A stretch of 64,000 bases of DNA from contig NC_068993.1 in NCBI RefSeq assembly GCF_001194135.2, positions 36,815,150-36,879,149 of the forward strand, in the 5' to 3' direction. Below are positions 12,536 through 24,121 of this stretch, piece by piece. The DNA is from Octopus bimaculoides. Taxonomy: Eukaryota. Positions within the stretch are counted from its first letter, which is position 1, and the number at the start of each line of letters is the position of its first letter. The notes under the pieces are model-generated. The model saw nothing but the letters and a program-made list of their open reading frames with translations, was not told where the DNA came from and made no database searches. Made by a program: the position numbers and the translations under genes.

Positions 12536-13370
12536 CTTGAAAACATAGTAAATTTGAAGTCAGTGGAAGATCAACTTAAAAGGCTTCAAAGAATCAAACA
12601 ATGCTTGCAATGAAACTGATTGGAGTGAAATGATGCAAGGAATGATGTAAATGATTTAAGAGTCAATCCATGAAAATGTTAACACACAGAAAAGGAAGAA
12701 GTTAAGAAACTACACCAGTAAAAATGGAAATGTCAGTTTTGAAAAAAAAAAATTGTAGACTGAGACGAAAGATTTTTATCAATATTAATAATAAAAATCT
12801 TTGCAAAGGAATTTAACTATGATGTTTTGATAGTTGGAATTGTTCTGAAAGATAATTTTTTGTGTTAGGGAAAGTTGTTTAGTCCCAGGTGAACCCTGAT
12901 CAAAGTCATTCCAGTTGTGACCATTCCACTGATTTAAAAAGTATCTAGGACTATTATCTAAAGTGTCCTTCCAAGTAATTTTAAAGATGGATGTGAGGGA
13001 AATTTGATAATTATTTCTAGCAGGTAAGTGACCAAATAGAGCAGGGGAAGGGAACTTTTTTTTCTGTTTAACATCAAGAATGAAGTGCAAATGCATAACC
13101 TCCAGGGATGCATCTGTGTCAAGAAAAGCAACAAATCTTTAATTTAGAAAATTCAAAAATACACAACTTATATTAAATTACTGTTTAGGTTTTAAGAATT
13201 ACACATTTTTTTTTCTATAAGAGCTTTTAGGAACTTCATTAGCAAGCAGTTTTCATTTTTGAATGTTGCTAATATTTTACCCAGAAACAAGTGTCTATCC
13301 CACACTTGACATAGAGGATTCCTCACTGACCAGTATTAGAGACTGTATTCCTTATAACAATGATACTTAC

Positions 13371-13512
13371 TACACAAGAACCAAGAGTCCTTATCATGTT
13401 TCAACCGAGCCATAACTCTCTGCACATGATCTGATTGCTTCTTTTCTTCATCCATGAGTTTTTCAATCAATGAAGTACACCTTTCTTTATCTTTTTTCTT
13501 TTTACTTTGTGG
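13371..13512 (-). CDS. THOC2: THOC2 exon [19 protein letters not shown]...DKDSWFLC
   Basis: 142 nt, ttttag/gtaagt. Confidence 0.95.
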
Positions 13513-13679
13513 CTAAAAAAAAAAAAAAAAAAAAAAAAGACAATGAATCAAATAACCAAAATATGACTTCATTTATTTTTAAAAATGCATAATTTTTTTT
13601 TTTTCCCAGTTTGGTTTCTTAGCCTTTACATTTCACCTGAATGATAGATCAATAAAAAAACCTTTATTGTGTATACAGG

Positions 13680-15080
13680 GTCATGGTTATGAAGAGAGAT
13701 GAAGGTTCTTAGAATTTGCAACACCAACTTCAGGGAACTTCAGGAAAACTGCACACCACTTGATCCTGTGCAACTCAGGTAAACATGCAAGACAATTAGG
13801 CTTCACACTCATCAGGAAATGAGATTGACAGATCTTAGTCAATACTAAATCACTGAAGAATATATTGCTCACCACAGGCCAGTGATTGGTGAAATAAGAA
13901 GAAAAAGACAAGCTCAAATTCACAAGACAATCTACAGAAGAAATTTATGGAAGCTGAAAAATTCCTTGGCCATATGTAGATTCAAAAGAAGCACTAACTA
14001 TGGGTATGTCAAACAGGAGGAAGAAGAGACAGAAAGTTATAAGAGAGGGAATTATTGTATATATCTATCAGACAACCTGCTGTGGGCCACAGATGGAAAG
14101 TGACATGGTAGCAGAATGGTACAGCAGATAGAGCCACAAAAGGTAAGAAACAAGCCTGGAAAGAATGGTGATGGGGGGAAAAAGCAAAGAATAATATCAG
14201 GCAGTCAGAAGAGAAGCAAGACGCAAGAGGTTTGTCAAGACTCTGTAATGTGACATGTTCCAGATTGCAAAGCTGTGTGTCAGTATGATAAAGGGCATCA
14301 CAAATGAAGTTTGTGTATGTAATGGCAACAGTGCATTCACCATAACCAGTAGCAGAAACTCCTACAACTACAAGTGTTTTTCTGAATGAGAAGAATGCCC
14401 AGGAGATAGGAAGGTATTAACCACAGTAGACTTAACAGAGGAACTAGCTACTGAATTCATAGCTTAATAGCTGAAAGAGCCACTGGGGATATGAAGACAA
14501 AGAAAGCAGTCAGACCATCAGAAATAGTCATTGAGAAGCTAAAAATATCCTGTGAAATAAGACATAAGCCAGTCATTCACATAGCCAATTATATAAAACA
14601 GTCATTCCCAATGACTAGAGTAATGATAGTATCATCAACTGCTACTAGAGTAAAAGAGATGCTCATGAAAGAAGAAACTACAGAAACATCAAACTGATGG
14701 TCTTAATTAAGAAAGTAATAGAAGAGAGATAACTCAATTATTTCGAAAGAATTAACTTAGATTAGATACAGTTCAGGAGGTTTTCGGCTAGGACACAATA
14801 ACACTGATGCCATCTTGTTCATGGGACAACTTATAGAAGATTTTAACAAAGAGTAAGCTAGAGCTGGAGGAGGATTTTGGTTGAATGCCACACACTGTAG
14901 TCTGGTGGTTGCTAAGGAAAATGTATAGATGAATGAAATGTGAGAACTGTGTTAGTCATTCATGTACAACAATATCATCAACAACATGAGTCAACTACAA
15001 GTTCAGTAAGTAGTTTGGTGTTCATCAGAATATAATTCTCAATGGCCTCTCCTCCCCTGAATTAGTCAAAGAATTAGGGA
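13680..15080 (+). mobile_element. Decayed RTE-type LINE fragment (endonuclease to RT)
   Basis: Remnants HRPVIGE, RRNLWKLK, KKQAWKEW and a QFGF..G..TDAI-like stretch. Confidence 0.7.
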
Positions 15081-15103
15081 AGTCCAAATGTGAAAGTGTG
15101 GCG

Positions 15104-15355
15104 GTGCGTGGCTGAGTGGTTAGGGTGTCAGCACCATGATTGTAAGATTGTGGTTTCAATTCCTGGACCGGACGACGCGTTGTGTTCTTGAGCAAAACAC
15201 TTCATTTCACGTTGCTCCAGTCCACTCAGCTGGCAAAGATGAGTAACGCTGTGATGGACTGGCGTCCTGTCCAGCTGGGGAACACATATGCCATTGAAAC
15301 CGGGAAACTGGGCCCATGAGCCTGGCTAGGCTTTAAAAGGGCGTATTTATTTATT
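15104..15355 (+). mobile_element. tRNA-derived SINE, third family
   Basis: GGCTGAGTGGTTAG...TTCAATTCC head, core GTTGCTCCAGTCCACTCAGCTG; relatives at about 28590-28840, 55040-55285, 60845-61206(-), 7870-8170(-) and 35150-35405(-). Confidence 0.75.
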
Positions 15356-16236
15356 ATTTAAATGTGAAAGTAAAGCCAAGAATCAAGAGATGTAAAAGAG
15401 GAACCTGACAAAAGATTTAGTTGGCAGGAAAGGAGACAGGACACTACTAGTGCCATCTGAAAATGTAGAAAAGGAGTGAGAAGGAACTGCATAAAATATA
15501 ACCAATGTAAACTGGTGCACAAGAAGTGAACATGGGACCACAGGCAGGTTGAGAGTGAAGGAAGATTTTGTACATAACTGATGCACAGGAATAGTTAACA
15601 GTAAGAGCAGCCATGAAATAAATATTTCCAAATACCTGGAATTAGTTGATAGCTTTGATTAAACAATTCTGTATTTCTGAGACAAGGAATTTATATTATG
15701 TACACTATTTACAAAAGTCGGACGAGTGTCCTTGTCATAATCGTTGCTTTCATTGTTTTGGCTGGAAGAAGGCTGGAGTGCACAACAGCCGAAATGTAGT
15801 GAAAGCAGCAATCAAGATGAAGACACCAGTCTGACTAACGTAAATAGCTTCCATTATGTAGATGACCAGTGAAGGAAAGTGTTCTAAAAGCAATGAAACA
15901 TGTGTAAGAAGACACATTTCATTGCTTTTGAGACTATTACCTCTGTTGGTAAGAAGGGTAATTCAATATTTAAGTGATGGGGAGAGTATATGACAAGTGT
16001 ATAAAGTAAAATGTTGCAGGAGAACAAAGAAATGAACTCTGAATACAGAGGATGTGCTAAGACTACATGTTCTGTTGGATGTATAATGTTATGCGCATGA
16101 ATGATGGGACACAAATATGTTCCTGCAATTTGAAGAGAGGTGCTAAATGCTTTCTGCCCATCTTTGATAAATGCACTTCAATATCATATACATGTTCTTG
16201 AATCTGATAATAATTAATAAATGGAAATCCACATAC

Positions 16237-16360
16237 CAAGTCATTTTCATCAATGGCCACAATTTGTGCTCTTAATTGCTGGATCTGTTTCTCATAAGCT
16301 GTACATGGAACATGGAGATCATACATACAAAGGGCCCAGAAAGTAAAATAGAATGGTGTA
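16237..16360 (-). CDS. THOC2: THOC2 exon TPFYFTFWALCMYDLHVP...AIDENDL
   Basis: 124 nt, tttcag/gtatgt. Confidence 0.94.
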
Positions 16361-17055
16361 CTGAAAAGAAAAGAATTTCAGTTAGAACAATGGATATTTT
16401 ATTTAGTACAATCAAATGGTCACCATTAAGTAACTAAAAAGAAAACATTAAATAAAAAATAAAGTAAGCACTATGTGAGGTGTAGTAGTACAGCATGTCA
16501 AAAAACAAAATGTATTTTATCTTTTCTTTCTTTCATTCATTGGACTGTGGCCAAGCTGGGGCACCACTTTGAAGGGTTTAATCAAACATATCGATGCCAG
16601 TACTTATCTTTTAAGCCAGGTATTTATTCTATTGGTCTCTTCACAGAACTACTAAGTTACAGGAATGTAAACAAACCAATACTGATTGTCAAGTGGTAGT
16701 GGAGGATCAATTCTACTCACAAGGCTTTGGTTGGCCCAGAGCTATACAAGAGGACATTTGCCTCACAACGGGACTGAACCCAAGACCACATGGTTGAAAA
16801 GCAAGCTTCTCAACCATACAGCCTGTGTGTTAAATTTTTGCAATTACTTTGATTATTCAGAGAGAGAGAGAGTAAGCATTACATAAACATATTACAAATA
16901 GTGAGCAGTAGAAATTGCTTCAATAACTTGAAGAAAACAGCTATCCTTTCAACAATAACTACATGAAGGCAAATACAGAAATGTAACACTCTCTTATAAA
17001 TCTTAGTAAAACATTCCAAAATACAGTATCTATTTTGGGATCATATAAAAATTAT

Positions 17056-17092
17056 GTGGTGGTGGTGGTGGTGATGGTGATGGTGATGGTGG

Positions 17093-17138
<46 letters not shown>

Positions 17139-17200
17139 GGTGATGATGATGGTGATGGTGATGGTGGTGGTGATGATGGTGGTGGTGGTGGTGGTGGTGG

Positions 17201-17269
<69 letters not shown>

Positions 17270-17280
17270 GGAGGAGGAGG
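17056..17280. repeat. Compound (GGT)n/(GAT)n/(GAG)n trinucleotide array
   Basis: Read directly; it explains the poly-V/M/S/P/I/T ORFs. Confidence 0.98.
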
Positions 17281-17346
17281 ACTGCTGCTGCCACTGCCTC
17301 CTTCTCCTGTACATCATTATCATCATCATCATTTTAATCAACTTAC

Positions 17347-17441
17347 CTCAGATCATCCCAAACCTTAGCCGGATACAATGGACGAATCAACTCTATCACA
17401 GGTTCCATAACAAGGGAACTTGCTTCAACATATTTCTGAGT
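17347..17441 (-). CDS. THOC2: THOC2 exon TQKYVEASSLVMEPVIELIRPLYPAKVWDDL
   Basis: 95 nt, ttacag/gtaagt. Confidence 0.92.
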
Positions 17442-18474
17442 CTGTAAATAAAAAAAAAAAAAATTTTTTTTTTAAAGTTATTTCAGTTACTTTTGAACAA
17501 AATACCAATAAGCATTTTTATTTTATGCAGTGGATACATTATCAAATTCACATTGTTTTGGTACATTCTTTAGAGCAACAGTTTTACTGTTGGATGCTAA
17601 TCACTATTGTGAGAGAAGCTTAATAACAGTGGGAGCATTACAAACATCAACATCATATATTTACCACTATTGTAGAAGGGGGCTGTTAAACGTACATATA
17701 ATCAGCATTATTGATTACAACATCAGTGTAAAGTGATTGGTAACAACATATGTAACAAGTATTATAAATATCAACATCAAAAATTGATTTTACGACTATT
17801 TACAAGGCAATGTGTTATTTGAAGTAACTTAGCTATTTCTAAGAGGTTGATTCCAATTAATACATTGCAGTTCTTTGATAGAAATTATCTTTGAAGATAC
17901 AAAAATTCAGCTCATAAACATTTTAAATATATATATATATATATATACATCTTTTATCTTTTACTTGTTTTAGTCATTAGACTTGTGGCCATGCTTGGGC
18001 ACCGCCTTGACAAATTTGTAGTTGAATGTATCAAGCCCTGCACTTATTTTTTTAAAGCTTGGTGCTTATTCTATCAGACTCTTTTGCCAAACCATCAAGT
18101 TACGGGGACATAAACACACAAGCACAGTTGTTAAGCAGTAGTGGGAAGGGCACACACAAACAAAGACACACACACACCAAATCCACTCAAGGCTTTGGTC
18201 AGCCCAAGGTTACAGCATAAGACACTTGCCCAAGGTGCCATGCAGTGGGACTCAACCTGGAACCATGTGGTTGGGAAGCAAGCGTCTTACCACAAAGCCA
18301 TGCCTGACACACATACATACATGTTATGCATATACATAATTAGGGCAACATGGTGTTGACAATATACATTCCAACTGTTTGACAGGCAACAGAACACTAC
18401 TGCTCTGTCACATGATCTGTTCAAATATTAAACGTATGTTCTGCATATCAAAAGATGAAGTAATAAACACCTAC

Positions 18475-18537
18475 TTTTTGTTGACTGGAGAACTGTTTAC
18501 TAGACTTTTCTGCTTTCTTCAACTCTTCAAATTTAGT
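18475..18537 (-). CDS. THOC2: THOC2 exon TKFEELKKAEKSSKQFSSQQK
   Basis: 63 nt, ttttag/gtaggt; resembles SKYDELKKSEK. Confidence 0.88.
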
Positions 18538-19199
18538 CTAAAAAGAAAAGAAATATGTGTTTTTTAACAAAATAATTTAATTTGTAATACAAATTTGATT
18601 GCTGGTTTATCCATTTCAATTCAATCTATCTGTGTATTTGTAATTTCTGGCTCTATTCAATAGCTTGAAAGAAGGACACCATAAATAAAAAGATTACAAG
18701 ACAACAAAGTCTTCCACAGTGCTCCTATAAACCAGCAGTTGTGAAACACTAAAAATTATACATAAATATCTAATCATTAAATAGATTTCAGTCACCAACT
18801 ATTTATTGTGTGTATCCTGTTATTATACATTTACAGAAGGGTCCACCACATCCCTGCCTGTTGGTAAGAGGTGACCAGAAGGGTTGGTAACAGGAAGGGC
18901 ATCTGAACATAAGACATTGCCTCACAAAAAAACAGACAAGCTGTACCAGTATGGAAAGGTGATCATGAAACACTGATGAATGTTGATCTAAAAGAGAAAC
19001 CAAATATAATTGTCACTGTCGCCATCATCATATAAGAATTTTGTCATTAGAAGTATTTAGATCATGCTTCATTGTATTATATTCAATTAACTTTCAGTCC
19101 TTTTCTAATGATCCACCTCAGTCAAACTGATCCACTTTAGCTCTATAGAAATCTACTGTAGTTGATGACATACAAGACACACTTCTTTTTTTTTCAGTC

Positions 19200-19540
19200 A
19201 ACCTACTCCAATTAGTGAAACTATGAGGTTCCTCCATGTATTGCAGCCTTGCATTGCACTCATCAAGACACTGCCAAGTAGTCCAATGTCTTCCTCAATG
19301 ATTTTCTTGGGGATCAGGTTCAGGGTACTATAACAGAACACTTGCAGCAGCAGCTTCAGTGTCTCATTACATGTCAAGCAAGAGCTAGGCAACACTTTCT
19401 TAAGACAGTTGAAATATTTGGCAGATGCCCATATAAGATCTTGTTAATTGTGTGCAACTGCTATGAGATATTAAGGGCATTTTTAAAAAAACCCTCTCCT
19501 CAGCATAAAAAACCACCCTGGGTCCTATATGCGAAACTGA
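19200..19540 (-). mobile_element. Decayed LINE (RTE/RTE-X-like) C-terminal fragment
   Basis: CYSTLNLIPKKIIEEDIG...TWRNLI resembles the post-RT LLYG.E.WTL.K..E..LDG..R..W..HI motif. Confidence 0.4.
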
Positions 19541-19888
19541 ATCTCCCATAAGGCACTAAGATCGGGTTTTTTGTTGTTGTTGTTGTTTTTTTTCCTGAAT
19601 ATGTGCTGCTGAAATTGGAGTGCATTTAAAATGCTCGTGCATCTTTTATGCCATCAAATACAGTACTTTACTGAAACATTTAATAAAACTGAAAGATAAA
19701 GAGCTGTCAGTAATCAGTAATTATAACAGACCTGGGCCAATGGCATATAGACTAAATTGATTTCATTAAGCAAGGAGATATTATCAGATGAATTGACTGT
19801 AGGCAGAGAAATTCTATAACAGAACTGTTAAACCAAATCAGAAAGGAATTGCAAAAATAGATATGATATGGTTATGATGGATACTTAC

Positions 19889-20053
19889 ATTGACTCTATA
19901 TGAATATAATGGTCGACATAAAAAGAATGCAGCATCTTGAGGGACGTGATAAACACCAATTAATTCATTGATTGGTGGTAGACGCTTGATAAATTCTTCT
20001 GTACTTAGTTGCATTGATAAAAAGCTTCCAAACTGGACCAAAGTATCTTGGCA
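19889..20053 (-). CDS. THOC2: THOC2 exon CQDTLVQFGSFL...DAAFFLCRPLYSYRVN
   Basis: 165 nt, atgcag/gtaagt. Confidence 0.96.
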
Positions 20054-20904
20054 CTGCATCAAAAAAAAATTGTCATACAAAATTAATGTTTATCAATTTC
20101 AAAACATATTCAGACTAGAGAGGAGAATCTGCACTTAGCTTAACAATATTTTTTTAAACATTAGAATCCTCACAAGGTAGTCATATTTAAAACTGATGTT
20201 TCTATAGGCTTTACCATGTTTCTTATATGGCTGAATTTTGCTGAACACTTTTGTTACCATATTTCTATTGACTTTGATTCTATTAACTTTGAAAATAATG
20301 GAGAATTTAGTGAAATAATTCTATCAATGTTTAGCACATAAATTAACATGAAATTTTGATGGAAAGTTTAAATTTCGATTACTTTAAAACAACAAGAGTT
20401 GGTATCATAGAACCAGTGGTGATCTCAGGCACTTTGATATAAATAGGGTTAATCTTAACTTGAAAACAAGCATCTCTTACAAGAGCTACAAGTTAATTCT
20501 AAATACTAGTGATTGGTTCTCAACAGCTATTAAATGAAATGGTGAAAATATGAAGGAAATACATCAAAACAGGATGTGTAGAGGTGCAGGCATGGTTGTG
20601 TAAGATGCTTGCTTTCCAGCCACATGGTTTCAGGTTCAGTTCCACTGTGTGACACTTTGGGCCAAGAGTCTTCTGCTATAGCCTCAGGCCAACCAAAGCC
20701 TTGAGAGTAGAAAGAAACTGAAAAAAAGCCTGTGTGTTTACATCCCCGGAACTTAGCAGTTTGGCAAAAGACCGATAGAATAAGTAATGGGCTTTAAAAA
20801 AAAAGTAAATACTAAGGTTAATTCATTTGACTAAATATTCTTCACGGTGGTATCCCAGCCATAGTCTAATGACTAAAAGTAAAAGATAAAAGATGTTAAA
20901 ATAC

Positions 20905-21084
20905 CTGATCATATAATTTCCCAGTCAATTTTAAATGACGTTCGTTGCCTTCTTTATATATTACACCATCTCTTTGTTGGGCCATAAGTAAGCAAAGGGA
21001 TAATGCAAGGTCGTGTTCTAGCAGGGCATCTTTTAATCGGGTTGAAGATTTCTTAGTATTCCGAACTTGAGCAAAATAGCCACC
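20905..21084 (-). CDS. THOC2: THOC2 exon [14 protein letters not shown]...[10 protein letters not shown]
   Basis: 180 nt, tgacag/gtattt. Confidence 0.96.
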
Positions 21085-21263
21085 CTGTCAAATAAAAATT
21101 GTATGAAACTCAGTAAATACAGAAACAGGAAATTCTTTTATGAATCATAGTTTTAAAGAAATCCCCAACATCCTAAAGATTTTTCACTGTATCTTTTAAT
21201 AAAATAAAGCAATAAATTAATACTCCTAACTTTAGATCTATGACATTAGCTCTGTGACATTAC

Positions 21264-21381
21264 CTCTTGACGAAGTAGCTCTCCTCCGGACATAGCTTCA
21301 AGTTGGTCATCAGTGATTTCTTCAGATATTTCAATGCCAGCCATTTTCTGAACAATTTCTCGCAACAACAAGAGATCAAAA
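21264..21381 (-). CDS. THOC2: THOC2 exon [21 protein letters not shown]...LLRQE
   Basis: 118 nt, ttatag/gtaatg. Confidence 0.96.
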
Positions 21382-22526
21382 CTATAAGGATATAAAAATA
21401 CACATTTTAAAATAAAATGGTTAATGTATGAGAATTTAAATAATGTGATCTCAATCATTAGTTTAATAATAACAAGCTATAATTATGATCAAATAAATTA
21501 ACTGAATAATAAGCAGCTAGCTGTTTCAAAAAAAATATCATCATTTAACGTCCACCTTCCATACTGGCATGGGTTGGATGGTTTGACAGGAACTGCATCA
21601 GACTCTATTGTGCGCTTTGGTATAGTTTCTACAGCTGGATGGCCTTCCTAGTGCCAACCATTTTCATTGCCATATTTCTGTTGAAATACACTGCTTTTGT
21701 TTTAAATAATTTTGGAAATTATAAGGTATTTAGTATGTAAATTAATATGAAATTTTAATGAAAGGCTTTAATTTAGATCACCTTAAAAGAGGAAGTTTGT
21801 ATCATTGAACCAGTCTCAGGTAAGTTGGTACCAAAAAGGTTAATAGACCAAACAAGCAATGGATCAACAATAATCCCCCCAGTTGCCACTTTCCACTAAC
21901 TCTCACTTTTAATCCAATAAATTAATCGCAGTTTTCATCATTCACCACAGATCTGTCTATTGTTTTGTATGCACCTATCTTTCTCTCCATTCTTTTTCAT
22001 CTTGTGCTAACCAATCAATTAAAGGTAAGTTTTTTCACTTAAAAAAAAAAAAAAAAGAAAGCTTGATATTTATAGTAGGCTATTCATTCATTTCACTTAT
22101 TCAGCCCGACATAGCCATTTTATTTCACTTTAGATTAATATCAAATTTTCAAAGAACAGTTTTAACCCTTTCACTGCAGAAAGCAGTTTTATATACCAAT
22201 CTATTGTTTGCAATGGAATGTCATGTTTGAAACTTTTTTTCTGTTGAGATATGTCAAGTTTATTGAAGCAACAAGACTTGCAGAAAATACCAATTCTATT
22301 TTCTGATAGATATTTAACATCGTTACTGGAATAACCAGAAATTTATTTCACAGCTAAAGGAGTTAAGGATGTGAATAATAGTTACATTAACCAGTACATT
22401 ACTATTATATAACTAGTACATTAACTATCATATAACATCCTACAGTCTAAACATTATTGTAAAAAATCTTTTCTGATAACTATAATAGAATATATTTCAA
22501 GATATTAGATTCTTGCTCAGAATTAC

Positions 22527-22623
22527 CTTTTGCCAGCTTTGAGCTGATTGGCCACATATTGCATGAGACCTGCCAATTCTACAGGATATTTCCTACAAAC
22601 GGAGCCAGCAAAGCTAGCCAAAC
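22527..22623 (-). CDS. THOC2: THOC2 exon [31 protein letters not shown]
   Basis: 97 nt, ttccag/gtaatt. Confidence 0.96.
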
Positions 22624-24040
22624 CTGGAAAAGATAAAAGAGGACTTAACAACACCGAAAAGGAATCAAACAAAGTACTAAAATATTTACAAATTAGTCTT
22701 GTGAGCAGTTTGAACAGGAATTAGAATAAGCAACATATAGGATTAGGGAGTAAAATTATCTTCTAATGGTTAGATTAAATACACAATCTCATGAAATGTA
22801 AGCAAGAGTACCATCTGATTGAAATTTAACCCTTTAGCATTCGGATTACTGTCAAATGTAACATTTATTTATTCAATATTGTTTTGAATTAATTAATCAT
22901 TCATTATCTTGTAGATTTTAGATTCCAGTGATGTGAATGTTTATTTTAAAAATGACATTGTGAAGTAGGTATGAGAGACCAGATCTGGCCAGTTTGAACA
23001 TAAAACAAGTAGAATATTTAGGCCTGATAAGGCCAGCTTAAATGCTAAAGGCATTGTGAGAAGTTCTGATCTTTGTATAATAATTTATCAACATTCTCAT
23101 TAATATGACTTTTTTTAAAATCAAAATTCACAAAAGAACAAAAAACAAATTTTTCTGAAAGATACATTTTTTTTCAAACTTCATCAGAATTTTTTAATAT
23201 TTTGAATTATCAATCATCATCATCATCATCATCATCGTTTAACGNNNNNNNNNNNNNNNNNNNNNNNNNNNNNNNNNNNNNNNNNNNNNNNNNNNNNNNN
23301 NNNNNNNNNNNNNNNNNNNNNNNNNNNNNNNNNNNNNNNNNNNNNNNNNNNNNNNNNNNNNNNNNNNNNNNNNNNNNNNNNNNNNNNNNNNNNNNNNNNN
23401 NNNNNNNNNNNNNNNNNNNNNNNNNNNNNNNNNNNNNNNNNNNNNNNNNNNNNNNNNNNNNNNNNNNNNNNNNNNNNNNNNNNNNNNNNNNNNNNNNNNN
23501 NNNNNNNNNNNNNNNNNNNNNNNNNNNNNNNNNNNNNNNNNNNNNNNNNNNNNNNNNNNNNNNNNNNNNNNNNNNNNNNNNNNNNNNNNNNNNNNNNNNN
23601 NNNNNNNNNNNNNNNNNNNNNNNNNNNNNNNNNNNNNNNNNNNNNNNNNNNNNNNNNNNNNNNNNNNNNNNNNNNNNNNNNNNNNNNNNNNNNNNNNNNN
23701 NNNNNNNNNNNNNNNNNNNNNNNNNNNNNNNNNNNNNNNNNNNNNNNNNNAAATGTAAAGTTATATCATATCAACTTTTAGACTGTAGGTGACCCTATAT
23801 ACCAGAGTTAAATGTGAAGTTATAATGTTCATGCTTTCCCAGATACATATGAATTGTAAATGAAATGTAATGCCTTCAACTGAGAATTGAACCAGAAATG
23901 GATTCAGGTCTGAGGACGTTAACTTCTTGCTCAAATGGTAAACTGTCACATGATGTAAATTATATAAATAATGAGATTTTAATATAATTTAATAATTACA
24001 ATGAAAATGTAATAATTATGATAGAGAAAACAAAATTTAC

Positions 24041-24121
24041 TTTGTAACCAAAGAGAAATATTTGTATCATCATGCTTGAGTCTTTCACGGTCTGGATTGG
24101 CAACAGCTTCAACAACAGAAT
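24041..24121 (-). CDS. THOC2: THOC2 exon [26 protein letters not shown]
   Basis: 81 nt, cataag/gtaaat. Confidence 0.94.

Noticed and set aside
17030-17341. ORFs of 80-103 aa with poly-S/P/V/M/I/T
   Set aside because: Translations of a trinucleotide microsatellite.
23202-23792. Long ORFs spanning N runs (also 9497-9811)
   Set aside because: Artefacts of N translation. THOC2 phases are continuous across both gaps, so no exon is missing there.
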